From positions 323,578,001 to 323,642,000 of the forward strand of contig OZ024742.1 of the NCBI GenBank assembly GCA_964016885.1: a stretch of DNA of 64,000 bases. The letters are read 5' to 3'. This DNA comes from Eledone cirrhosa. Its lineage: Eukaryota. Position numbers and translations under genes: made by a program. This document shows, piece after piece, positions 42,230 through 54,071 of this stretch. Each line of letters opens with the position of its first letter. The first letter of the stretch is position 1. The notes below the pieces were generated by a model. That model was not told where the DNA came from. It searched no databases and saw only the letters and a program-made list of their open reading frames with translations.

Positions 42230-43110
42230 ATGGCAGTGGTACCACAAAAATCACCTGGTGCACTCTGTAAGGTGTTTGGTGACAAGAAGGGTACCTCACT
42301 GTAGAAACCATGCCTAAAAGGGTTGAAAGAACCCTTCTGTTTTGTCACAGCACAACAACCTTGGCAAGTGTTGGGATCTACACGATAAATGCACCCAGTA
42401 CATGCTCTAAAGTGGTTTGGGATGGGAAGGGCACCCAGCCATAGAAAGCTTGCCAAACAAAAGGTTGTCAAAGACATGACAATCTCTCTTGTGCTGGTGC
42501 ACTTAGTAAAATGTGAGACCATATATGAGATGCAAACTCCCCAGCCTATCTGCGAGGTCAGTAGCCCTGCTTCAGTACTGACTTGGTCTATGAAGATCCA
42601 CCCAACCTTTGGTAGCAAGCAAAAACAGATGTTAAATGATGATGATGATATTTATGAAATTCTGTCTCTCTTTTTCCATCTTTTTCTTCCTCCTTCAAAA
42701 TCAATCCTGTTCCTTTATAGTTATTGTTTACATGATCACAGTACAAATTTGTGACTTTGTGCCTGTGTAAGAAACAATCCTTATTCCATCTAATTGCTTA
42801 AATAAAAACATATGTTACGTGTTAGTGCTGGTTCCACAAAAATGTGCATCCAGCCAACACTGTAAAGTGTTAGTGTTGGTGTCATGGTAAATGCACCAAG
42901 TCCATTCCGTTAAGTGGTAGTGCTGGTCCCACAATAAAAAACACCTAGTCCACTTTGTAAGGTGGTAGTGTTGGTACCATGTTAAAAAGCATGCAGACCA
43001 CCCTATCAGGTAGTAGTGCTTGTGCCATGATAAAATGCACCTGGTGCATGCTGTGAAGTATCTAGATAGACATCCAGCTGAAGAAACCATGCTAGAATGA
43101 AACATGAACA
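42230..43110 (+). mobile_element. Degraded RTE-3'-UTR-related non-autonomous repeats
   Basis: Repeated CACTGTAAAGTGGT/GAAGGGCA(T/C)CCAGC motifs and a GTTAAATGATGATGATGAT tail at about 42631-42650. Confidence 0.55.
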
Positions 43111-43202
43111 TCACATAGTCACCTGACCTGTCTAGCCTCAGAATGTAATGACCCACAAAACTTTATATTAAAGTGTTTATATTTACCTAAAAATCTTTCC
43201 AT

Positions 43203-43655
43203 TATGGCGGATTGGCAGTATCGGTAGAGGGTCGGATGCCATGCTTTACAGCATAGTTACGGCCCTTTATGAACTGAGTTCAAATCCCGCCGAGGTTAAC
43301 TTTGCCTTTCATCCTTACGGGGTCGATAAAATAAAGTACCAGTAATACACTGGGGTAATATTGCTGGCCTTATGCCAAAAGTAGAAACAATTATAATTTT
43401 ATGTCAGAACTTTTATGTTATGTTCAAAACACCAGCTTAATAATGGTTTCTGATTTAGGCACAAGGCCAACAATTTTGGGGAAGGGAAAGTCGACTAAAT
43501 CGACTCCAGTGCATTACTGGTACTTTATTTTATCAACCCCCGTATGGATGAAAGGCAAAGCTAACCTTGGCAGGATTTCAACTCAGAACGTAAAGGGCCA
43601 TAACTATGTTGAAGTATGGTGTCCGATGCTCTACCGATCCTGCCAATCCACTGCC
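43203..43655. mobile_element. Tail-to-tail pair of SINE family 1 (43203-43395 +, 43440-43655 -)
   Basis: Full head TGGCGGATTGGCAGTATCGGTAGAG on + and its reverse complement at 43630-43655. Confidence 0.85.
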
Positions 43656-45276
43656 CTTTAATAACCAGCTTAATGAGTTATTTATTTTATTAAATCTCTC
43701 CAAATTCTTGATTATAATACAGTAATGAAAAGGTTTCAAGGAGATTTGGTTTCTATTTCTAGCAGATAAAATGATCACTTATATGCTTCCTCATTGGTTC
43801 ATAATTTCTTTATAAACATAAAAGCAGAAAACTTCATGATAATTAGTGACATTTATATGAATATAATCCCAAACTGTTAGTTTATTTAATTAAATGCATG
43901 AACATTTACTGTGCCATTCAATAAAAAAGAAAAAATTATATCACCACTCACCTGATTAGAGGTTGATTACATTGTTGGAAATGTATAACAGACCATTTCA
44001 CTGGGGTGCCAATCCTATCATTTTCACAAGTATATAATAATTAGATTTATGGAGGTGAGGGTTAAACCATTTATTTACATATAAACACAATTTACATAAT
44101 GAACATAAGAAAATATTTAGAGAAAAAGGAAAAGAAAAAGTGAAGACTTGCACACTCATTTACACATTATAACAGGGGATGCTGGAATTTCCTTTTAATT
44201 TTTAAGGCAAGCCAAGACACAGCATTGTTGTGGATGAGAGCTAGTCTACAGACATATTAAGCATTGCCGGATATGTCTGTAAGGCAAGTTACCAACATTG
44301 ATAAGAACTTTGTTGTCAGCTGCCCATTTCCCCAAAACTGCCCAAACACCATAGGCTGAAAAAATGGTATTTTAGAATTTTATTCTGTTTGGCTACAGTT
44401 ATAGTGACCCTCACCTTCACCACATCATCAAAGATGTGAGAAGCAGAAGTCACTAAATATATTGTCCCATACGAGATATCTACCTGTAATCTAATGAACC
44501 TACATTGAGACAGTCGGCAATTAAAGAAGCAGAGGCCATTGTATTAGGGCTCAGAGAAAACTAAGTATAACTTATTAAAAAATATATAGAGAAAAAGAAT
44601 GTTTTTTCATATAAGTACATATCTCGTATGTAGAAATAAGGTTTTAAGGCTAATGTTGTAAGGGTGTTCTGAAATGTGAATGTGAAGTTGATTGTATCTG
44701 TCATGACAAGGACTATGCATCTTGAAGCATGTAACTGCAAGGAACTTTGCCCCTTACATATTCAAGTGGTGTTGGGATTGTCTTGAAAAATTTGGAGTGG
44801 AGACCTGTGTATAGTGTTTAGAAGTGAAGAACAATGTATTGAAATTGGGAATGTTAGTTGAATGTATATTTGGCTGTGAAAACAAAAAGTAAACTGTTTT
44901 TATAAGAAAATTGTATTGCGGGGGTGAAGTGGGGCTTGTGATTGAGAGCAGGAAGAGGAGTTTGAAAAGTTATGACTGTAATACAGTTGCACAGATCACA
45001 GTCTGTTGTGTAGTATCATATTACCTAATTGGTCATTTTATAAACATATGTCATTTACACCACTGCCACTTTGATGTCATCTGTTCACAGTACCATCTGT
45101 TCACAGTACCATCAAAAGCCAATGAAAGAAGACACTTTATAATGACTTGATATGCTAGAAATAGTAACCAATTCTCTTTCAATTTACACTCTACTGTCTT
45201 AAAAAAAAAAGATAAAAAGAGAAGCTCATATTGGATAATGTACTCTTAAACGTTTAATGTACTCTTAAACTGTTTG

Positions 45277-45670
45277 ATGCAGTATGGCTGAATGGTTAAG
45301 AAGTAAGCTTCTCAATCATTAGGTCCCGAGTTCAAACCCAATGTATGGTATCTTGGGCAAGTGTCATTTACCAAAGCCTTGAGTCAACTCTTGTTTTGTG
45401 AGTGAAATGGGGTAGATGAAAATTGTTTGGAAGTCTGTTGGATGGACTGTACCCATAATTCAAAGGGCCAACCTGTGTCATGCTGGCAAAAATTAGTTGT
45501 ACCTGTAATTCAAATGAAAAGCTTTGTTACATTGTATCACACTGAGTCTCCCTGAGAACTATATTGAGGGTACTGTGTTTGTAGAATGCTCAGTCACTTG
45601 CACAGTAATTTCACAAACAGGCCATTCCAGATTGAAACAATAGACACCCTTTGTCAGAACCATCAGAGTT
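45277..45670 (+). mobile_element. tRNA-derived SINE family 3
   Basis: TGGCTGAATGG A box, GAGTTCAAACC B box, TCTTGGGCAAGTGTC body; reverse copy at 49430-49725. Confidence 0.7.
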
Positions 45671-45679
45671 CCAGTTATG

Positions 45680-45902
45680 TTAATCCTTTAGCATTTACAT
45701 TACTCTAGATATACTATTATATTTCCATTGTAAAGTCTTTCTTACATAATTATCTCACATAATATTGAGCCTATGAAATTTTGATATTATTTATTTTGAG
45801 AACAATACCTTAACATCAGTATGAGTTGCCAGTTACAGCCGGTTTGAACAGAAAGAGGTGAGAGAATTCTGGCGGGATACGGCAGGTTTAATGCTAAAGG
45901 GT
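45680..45902 (+). mobile_element. piggyBac-type MITE family 1
   Basis: TTAATCCTTTAGCATTTA ... AATGCTAAAGGG. Confidence 0.8.
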
Positions 45903-45909
45903 GGACCTC

Positions 45910-46310
45910 TATCACATTATCATTACTATCAACAGCTCTATCATTATAATCCCTTCTTCTATCATCATCAACCCCAAAATGCTGTTATTCACTACATCAC
46001 CACTAGAAACAATAATATTCACTAGCATCAACAGTTATCATAATAACCACTACAACTGCCACTATCATCATTATCACAATCACCATAACCATAACTACCT
46101 CCACCACCATCCCTACCACTGAATACATTGCCACCTCAGTAACTACCAACATTATCACAATAACCATTGCCACCAACACCACTACAAAAACCACTGCCAC
46201 CACCATTATCAACACTATCACAGTAATCACTGCCATCACCACCACCATCATTATAACAACTGTCACCACCAACACTCAGGATAACCACTGCCACATCATC
46301 ATCATCATTT
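45910..46310. repeat. Degenerate (CAC/CAT/AAC)n low-complexity tract
   Basis: Read directly. Confidence 0.85.
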
Positions 46311-46679
46311 CTTGGTGACATGAATCTGGTTACACAATACTCTGTAGTGAAGGTTGGGAGTGGCATAGAGGGTAACTGCTTTCTTCCCTCCCCTATCTAA
46401 ACATGTACCCTGCATTTCTCCAGCTTTTGTAACCTTGTAATAAGATCTGGCTATTATTTCTACTGCCAAAAGACTCCTTCACAGCAACAATTACCTTCTC
46501 ACTCTCTATGACCATTCACCATCCCACAATCTTACAATTTTAAGTATTTTTTTTCCTTTTTCATTGCATTTGTTTTAGTTAGAATTTACTTTTTTTTTAT
46601 TTCTAATATATTAATTTTTCTTCTTCTTTGCCCACTTATTCCTGGGAAGGTCGTGGGGGTAATTTTTAAATAAGATTTC

Positions 46680-46908
46680 TTAACCCCTTAGCATTCATAT
46701 TACTCTATATATACTATTATATTTTCATGTTAAAGGCTTTACCTTGCATAATTATCTCACATAATATCGAATCTCTGAGATTTTGAAAGTATTTATTTTG
46801 AGAACAATACCAGTAACATCAGTATGAGTGACCAATTACAGCCAGTTTCAACAGAAAGAGGTGGAGAATTCTGGCCGGTTTTGGCTGGTTTGAACATTAA
46901 AGGGTTAA
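46680..46908 (+). mobile_element. piggyBac-type MITE family 1
   Basis: TTAACCCCTTAGCATT ... AAAGGGTTAA. Confidence 0.8.
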
Positions 46909-46979
46909 AATAATTTTTATTCATTTATTTTTATTGTTCATGTGTTGATATCTTTAATTTCTTTACACTAGACTTACTA

Positions 46980-48060
46980 CACCCCTTTACGGTCTGAGTT
47001 CAAATCTCGCCGAGGTTAACTTTGCCTTTCATCTTTATGGCGTCGATAAAATAAAGTACCAGTAATGCACTGGGATAATTGCTGGCATTGTGCCAAAAGT
47101 AGAAACAATTTAGAGAGAAAATAATAAATTTTGAGAGAGTGGAGGCATATTGATTGAATCAATACCAACACTTGACTGGTATGGTATGGGTCACAAATTT
47201 GGAGTGTGGTCAAGGAAATTAACACAAATAGTTTTCAACGAGCAATAACCACACCTCGGATAACCCTCAGAAGACTAACATTTTTATGGTAGGGGTGGTG
47301 GGGTGGGAAAAGGTGTACTTTTATTTATTTATTTGATCACCCTTTTGAAACAGTGATTGGTATAGTTGACTCTAGCAGGATTTAAACTCAGAAAACAAAT
47401 CTTCATTGTCATTTAGGTTGGTAGAGTGTCGAACACCATACTTTGCAGCATAGAGTTACGGCCCATAAAGCACCAGTAATGCACTGGGGTCAATTTAATC
47501 GACTTTCCCCTTCAAATTGCTGGCCTTGTGTCTATAGTAGAGATCATTATCATTTTGCCTTTGTTCTTCAAAGCTAGCATCGGTTGGATGGTCTATCACA
47601 GATCATGCCTATACTTAATTGGAGCTACTGTTCTCCATTCTTACATATTATGTTCTGATTTTGGCATGGTTTTTACAGTTGGATCCCTTTCATATCACCA
47701 ACCACAATATTGATTTCTAACTTGGGCACAATTAAATCGATCCCATTAATTGATTGGTAGTTATTTAATTGAGTGCTGAAATATGAAGGTCAAAGTTGAT
47801 GTTGGAGGGATTTGAACTCAGAACATAATGAGCTAGAACAAATACCACAAAGCATTATATCCAATACTCTAATGATTCTACCAAATAATACTAATTTCTA
47901 AAATAGGCCCCAAACCATAAAATAAGTGGGGTAGGGGGTGTTGTACTTGACAGGTATTTTCTTTATCGATTCCAAAGAGATCTAAAACAAAGTCAAGCCT
48001 AGCAAGATTTGAACTGGGAATGTAATGGGTTGTAGCTAAACATACAAGATATTTTGTCTG
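46980..48060. mobile_element. Cluster of partial SINE family 1 copies in both orientations
   Basis: 46980-47110 (+), 47415-47545 (+), 47710-47885 (-) and 47890-48060 (-) share B box or core motifs. Confidence 0.65.
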
Positions 48061-48428
48061 ATAATAATAATTATAATTTCTTATAATTATTATAATTTCT
48101 TACTTATAATATTCTTCCCTAGCAAAAACACAAGCAAAGAAATGGAATATAAAACAAGTTTAATCCATTATAATACACACCTCAATTAAATTGCTGGGGC
48201 TCTGAAATCATTGATACTGCATCTACAGGACTCTGTTAAGTGCAAGGAAGGGCATCCTTCCATAGAAAACGTGTCAAAATCAAGATGTACAAGTTTGACA
48301 TGCTCCTCTGATCTGTCTGTGAGGACAGTAACTCTATATAGGAACTAACTTAGACCATAACAATCCATTGAACACATGTCAGCATGGAAAGCAGACATAG
48401 AAGGTGGATGCTGGACTCAGATTCAGTT

Positions 48429-48651
48429 TTAACCCTTTTCATACCAAACCTCCTTATGATATAAAACTACTCCTTTTAAAGTCTTATATTAAAACCTTTC
48501 ATCATCATTTAATGTAAAAACTTCTCTAAACATTAGCTTAATAACAAAAAAAGTTATTTTACTAAATTCCTCAAAATTCTTGATCATTGTCTACATTAAC
48601 TAAAACATATAAACAGCAGTTTTATTAGAAATATGGTAATGATAGGGTTAA
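48429..48651. mobile_element. piggyBac-type MITE, family 2
   Basis: TTAA-CCCTTTTCATACCA ... TGGTAATGATAGGG-TTAA; body unrelated to family 1. Confidence 0.6.
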
Positions 48652-49230
48652 TACCTTGCAGTTTTTAGTTGTCTCTTTGCATTTTCAGTTAAAATGTTAG
48701 TGTACACTTTGCTTTTCAAATCCTTTCTTCCCACCAGTATTGAAGAGCATGAAAAGGATATTGGGTGTTACCCTTCTTCCTGTGGTTAAGCAATGAGAAA
48801 TAATAGAAATAGAACTAGACAAGTACAGGGAGATGGGAAGCAGGGATATAATGATTCAGAATTCTTCAAATTGTGACCTTGTATCATGCCTGGCATAACC
48901 AAAATAGCAAAGGACAATACTAAATACTTAACAGAATTTAATTTTGTCTCGCTAGGCTTTGAGTTCAAATCCCAATGGATAAATGCTATTTTGCTTTTCA
49001 GCATGAATAAAATATTAGTAATAAGGCTGATTTGAATCAACTGTAATCCTATCCTTTAAATTTGTGGCCCTGTGTCATATGAAGAATCATTGTTTTTTAT
49101 TGTAGTTGTAGTTTGCTGTAATGTTTTCAAGGCCAAAGTCTATTCAAAACCTACACAAGGTTTTGAATATCAATTCTCATTCTCTTTCTGTCTTCTAATT
49201 CTTTATTGTATTTGGGTCACTATTTGGCAT

Positions 49231-49272
<42 letters not shown>

Positions 49273-49429
49273 TGCTGCTCTCTTCATGTATGTCCACATA
49301 CATTTACACATCCATATATACCATATTCACATATATACATATATATGTGAATATGTCATTATTTTTCTGTCTCTATGTTGCGTTGTCTCGTATGCTTAAT
49401 AAAGTAAAATGAATAGACCCTCATTGGTT

Positions 49430-49725
49430 TTGATGAGTGTTACAGTTGTTCAATCAATGGAGCAGATTGCTTATTAAATTAATGTGTAAGTAGCTGAGCA
49501 TTCCACAGTCATGTGTACTCTTAAGGATGCAGTATGACAAAGTTTGCCCTTTGAATAACAAGTACAAGTCCATTCGACAAGCATCCAATAATGTTCACTC
49601 TCAAGGCTTGGGTCAACTTGAGGCTATAATAAAGGACACTTGTCCAAGATGCCATTCAGTAAGATTGAACTCAGGACCTAATGATTGGGATGTGAACTTT
49701 TTAACAATTTGGGCATGCTGCATCC
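49430..49725 (-). mobile_element. SINE family 3
   Basis: Reverse complement of the head and tail of 45277-45670. Confidence 0.65.
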
Positions 49726-50682
49726 ACAGAAGTAAGTCCAAACAGTAAAACACGTGTAAATATTTTTTTTAGTAAGCTCAGTACCTAAATTTTGTAAAGA
49801 GTTGATGGTTGATTTCAAGTGAATTGGTCACAGTACAATGTTGTTACTGCACTTGTCTGCACTATATGAAGAATCGATTCAACATAGTATGCAGTAGAAA
49901 GAAAATATATATTGCCCTACATCTAGCCTGGTACCCTGCCATTTATTCGCACTCACTACCTCCCTATGTAGACATACATATTCCATGAATTGTTTGTGTA
50001 GGATTAAATGACACTATATAACACATGTATAAATGGATATGTATATATTAATTCAATATCTGTATAGACACACACACACACGTGCGCAATTGAATTAGTG
50101 TCATGTTACTCAATCAACAAACAGGCAAATTTCTAGAGTAGCAGGACAATGACATGATCTTAATAGAATTACTAATCTGTACTATCGTATTGAGTACTCA
50201 TTCCCAACACCAAACATCATCATCACTGTTTGTTTATTTCATCATCACTGTTTGTTTGTTTTCCATATTTAGATGGACTGTCATGCTATGAGGGTAGACA
50301 GATCGGTTGACCACATTTAGCTCATATGATTTGCTTTTGGCTTGGTTTTCTAGAGGTGAATGCCCTTACTAATGCCAGCTACATTTCAGCATGTACTGGG
50401 ATTTATTTTGTGGCACCAAAACTACCACCTTACAGGCTGGATTGGATGCTTTTTGTTGTTGTATCATTGCAACCACCTTACAGGGTGAACAGTGTTTTTT
50501 TTTTTTTGTGGCACCACCACTACCACTTATCTACACTAGGGTGTTTGTTGTGATATCTTTAGATAGGTTGGGAAGGCAGTCATGGGAGAGGGGAAGATGA
50601 GAGCAAGGTGGGGTATAAGATAAGTGTTACTTGCCAAGGGAGGGTTGTGGGAGGGTGAGGTGGTCTGCAAAGGGAGGTGACC

Positions 50683-50896
50683 ATAACCTTTTAGCATTTA
50701 CATTACTCTATATTTACTATTATATTTTCATAGTAAAAACTTTACCTCACTTAATACCGAATCTGAAATTTTGATATAATTTATTTTGAGCACAATACCT
50801 CAACAGCAGTATGAGCAACCGGTTATGGCTGGTTTGAACAGAAAGAGGTGAGAGAATTCTGGCCGGATACAGCCGGTTTAAATGCTAAAGGGTTAA
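50683..50896 (+). mobile_element. piggyBac-type MITE family 1
   Basis: ATAACCTTTTAGCATTTA ... TAAATGCTAAAGGGTTAA. Confidence 0.8.
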
Positions 50897-51349
50897 AGAG
50901 TGTTAATAACATTGTCACCCTCAGCAAGGAGGAAAGGCATTGATGGGAGCAGGTGGATGGTGATACATGTTTCTAAGGAAGGATATTAGAGAAAGAGGTG
51001 GCTTTAAAGTGACGTCTTGGTATATTGCTGAGAAGTGAGGATTGCCCTTATAAGAGTGGGTGTATGTCTATATATAAATTCTTATAAGAGTGACTGTATA
51101 TACACGCATTTGTAATATATACCATTACTTATTCACACACACACCCATATATATGATTGATTATCCATCTCTTTGTAATCTGATTCTCTCCCTTCCACAC
51201 CCTGTCTCTCCACCATCCGGTTTCCTAATTAAGACTTTAGAAAGCTTAATTAAGTATAGAAATGGAATAGCTAATTAGAATTTAAAAAAAAAGAAACAAA
51301 TTAAAAACTACTGTTTAATTTGCCAGTGTATAATAAGATGAATTAATAT

Positions 51350-51950
51350 TTGAGTTCAAGTTCTACCAAGATTGACTTCCCTTTACAGAGTCGCTTGAAA
51401 TATCCTGCCATCTCAAGATTGAAAGGGTGCAATATTGGACTTAGAGGGGCCAAAGACTTCACATATATAACTGTAAAAGGATTTTGTATAGTTTTGATCT
51501 GCAGTTGCCTGTGCTTTACATGCCATTTGTTTCCACCACTTATGTTTAATAAAATGAAGTTCCTGTTGAAAAGATGCTTTGTAGTATTCAGTAGGGCTTT
51601 ATAGGTCCCATGCATCCTACAAAGGAGGAAAGATATTTGTTCATCATTATCATTAAACAAATTTTAAAACTTTTTCTTCTGAAAGTCTAGAACAGATGAA
51701 GCCACTTCATACACCTTTTCTTTAAAGTTCGACCATAAATTATGAGGATTCAAAGTGATAGTGCTTACAATATTTTCAAATTCTCTCTGTTTAGCACTAG
51801 ATTTCAAGGCTCCTACATTTAGGTGTTTTTGAATTGTGAAGCAGTTATACATATTTTCAATCTAGTCGTACATATTTTCGATGTAGATTGATATTAGTTT
51901 TTACAAGATAATGATCTGTCCAACATTCGGTTCCATACATATATTACTGT
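51350..51950 (-). pseudogene. Old RTE (BovB-like) endonuclease-linker remnant
   Basis: Minus-strand pieces GTECWTDHYLV, LNVGALK...WSNFKEKVYEVASSVL, FNDNDEQISFLL and FYSYICEVFGP resemble the BovB-type EN-RT linker. Confidence 0.6.
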
Positions 51951-52032
51951 TCAGTAGGAGAAAGAGAGAGGAATGTATCCTCAAACTGAAGACCTGGTCT
52001 GAGGACTTACAACAGAATAGATTCCACTAAAG

Positions 52033-52365
52033 CAGTGGTTCTCAATCCTTTTTTTTTTTTACCCATGGGCCCCTTTGATTCTTGTTTTATTCTGGTGGGC
52101 ACCCATAGCCATCCAGTGTTTAAAAAAATTCTATTGTGTGTGTGTTACACTTGATCACCACTGACTGGTTGTTTGTTTTTTCCCAGTATCATTTCTTTTG
52201 ATTTCTATTAATTCCCTAGGGGATTTTTGGACCAACTGCTTTATTTGATTTTGTATTTTTAATTTTTCTTTCTTAAGATAAATTTTTTCATGGACCCCCA
52301 ATTTACTATTTTTTTTTTGTGTGTGGTCTCCCAGGGGTCATAAGGTTTCCAGTTGAGAACCACTG
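52033..52365. mobile_element. hAT (Charlie-like) MITE
   Basis: TIRs CAGTGGTTCTCAA / TTGAGAACCACTG with exact 8-bp TSD CACTAAAG (52025-52032, 52366-52373). Confidence 0.93.
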
Positions 52366-53949
52366 CACTAAAGGCTTCCAAGGGCCAGATAGTGATGTTA
52401 AAGGGAGTGAAGAATTAGTCTACCATTAATTTATCTAGTTTCCAATGGCTGCTACAGCTTTCTCAAACAATAATAGTTCTAATAACAACTAAGTCAAAAT
52501 TTCATTTTTTGCTTGGTATGTTATCTTGCCCAACAAAACTGCATGATTTATATATAATGAAAGGTTTGCAATAATAATTGCTTCCATTATTAATTACTAT
52601 TATTTGTAATTAAATGATTGACTTCAAAAGAACTCATTATTATTTCTGCTGGGAGGATGAAAAAGCGAAACTATGACAATTTTGTTTTTCTGCAAAGGAA
52701 TTGGGTACATATATCAAATATAATAGATTCAATAGAGTATTGAAAGTGGGTTATGGACTCAGTTTATAAAGTTCAGAATAGATTTGATATATCTAAGTTT
52801 AGTTGTGGTAGTAATATTTATAGTAAGTCTACACTTTTCTGTCACCACCTGTCTACCATACTTGGTACAGTAATAGTTATAATAAGTGTCTACTTGTAAC
52901 AAAATTCATTAAAGTGTAAAAGTTATTCTAAATGTAGGACACCTTCACCCCAAAGTAAATTAGCAAGGTAAAAAAATCAAAGAAAAGCAAGCAAATAATG
53001 CAACTTCATGGTTGAAAGACTAAAATAAACTAAAACATATTCATCAAGTCCTTTTTTCAACAATGTTGTGGTTACACTTGACATGTTCTATTTTTTAATC
53101 TTAAGTTGGAGATCATGTAACTCGTGTATTTATACTGACACAGTGTTATATCCTATTCCTGCCCTCTTAACAATTTCAGTTTTTTTTTTTAACATGAAAG
53201 GATGCAAGCCCATTGCATGATGGAGATCTTTGTTGTACTGTAAGGAAAGCTTGAATAAAAAAAAAATAAAAAAAAGAATTAGAGTACAAGGAAGTTAGTG
53301 ATGGCTTGCATTAGTAAAGTAAAACAAAAGCAATTAATAGGTTTCATAAGAAATAAGTTTGTGCACCGTAAAAGAGGGGAGATCTAACAATTCAGGCAAA
53401 GAACAATTGTTGAACTCAACACAGAAGCTTATTTTATTTTAAAGAGATTGAATTATCATCATTTTACATCCACTTTCCATGATGGCATGCCAAAAATGGA
53501 ACATATGAACATATGTGGTTCTCATGCGTTCCACTTTTGGCATGTTTTTATGGCTGGATCCCTTCTTAATAATAAGCAATTTACAGAATGTATTAGGCGT
53601 ACTTTATTGTGGCACCAGCATTGCAACTTTGCTAAGTTGTTTTGAAAAGAATGAGGACGTTAAAAGAAAATAAAAGGAAAAGGTATGAATAGAGAAGTTT
53701 AAAAACTGATGTAGTCTTGGATAGATATACAAACCATCTATACAACGAAACAAAAATAATTAAAAAAATAACCTCTAAGAGTACCTGAACATGAGGAAGT
53801 AAGAGTATGTTGTCACAATGAACTCTTGCTTTCATAATCCATGTCCCTACATGCACAACCAGCTTCCAAACACACAGACATTACAATGCCCACCAAACTA
53901 CTACAACACTGTTCTAACTCTCCCTCTCAGCCGAGCAAAAGATGGCATG

Positions 53950-53981
<32 letters not shown>

Positions 53982-54071
53982 CTTTCTCTCTCTGAGAAAT
54001 AGTGACAATATCAATAACCTTAAACATTGTACTGGAACATACACAGCCAAAAAATAAGTACCTAATCATTC

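Noticed and set aside
45901-46366. His/Thr/Val-rich ORFs
   Set aside because: Degenerate trinucleotide low-complexity sequence.
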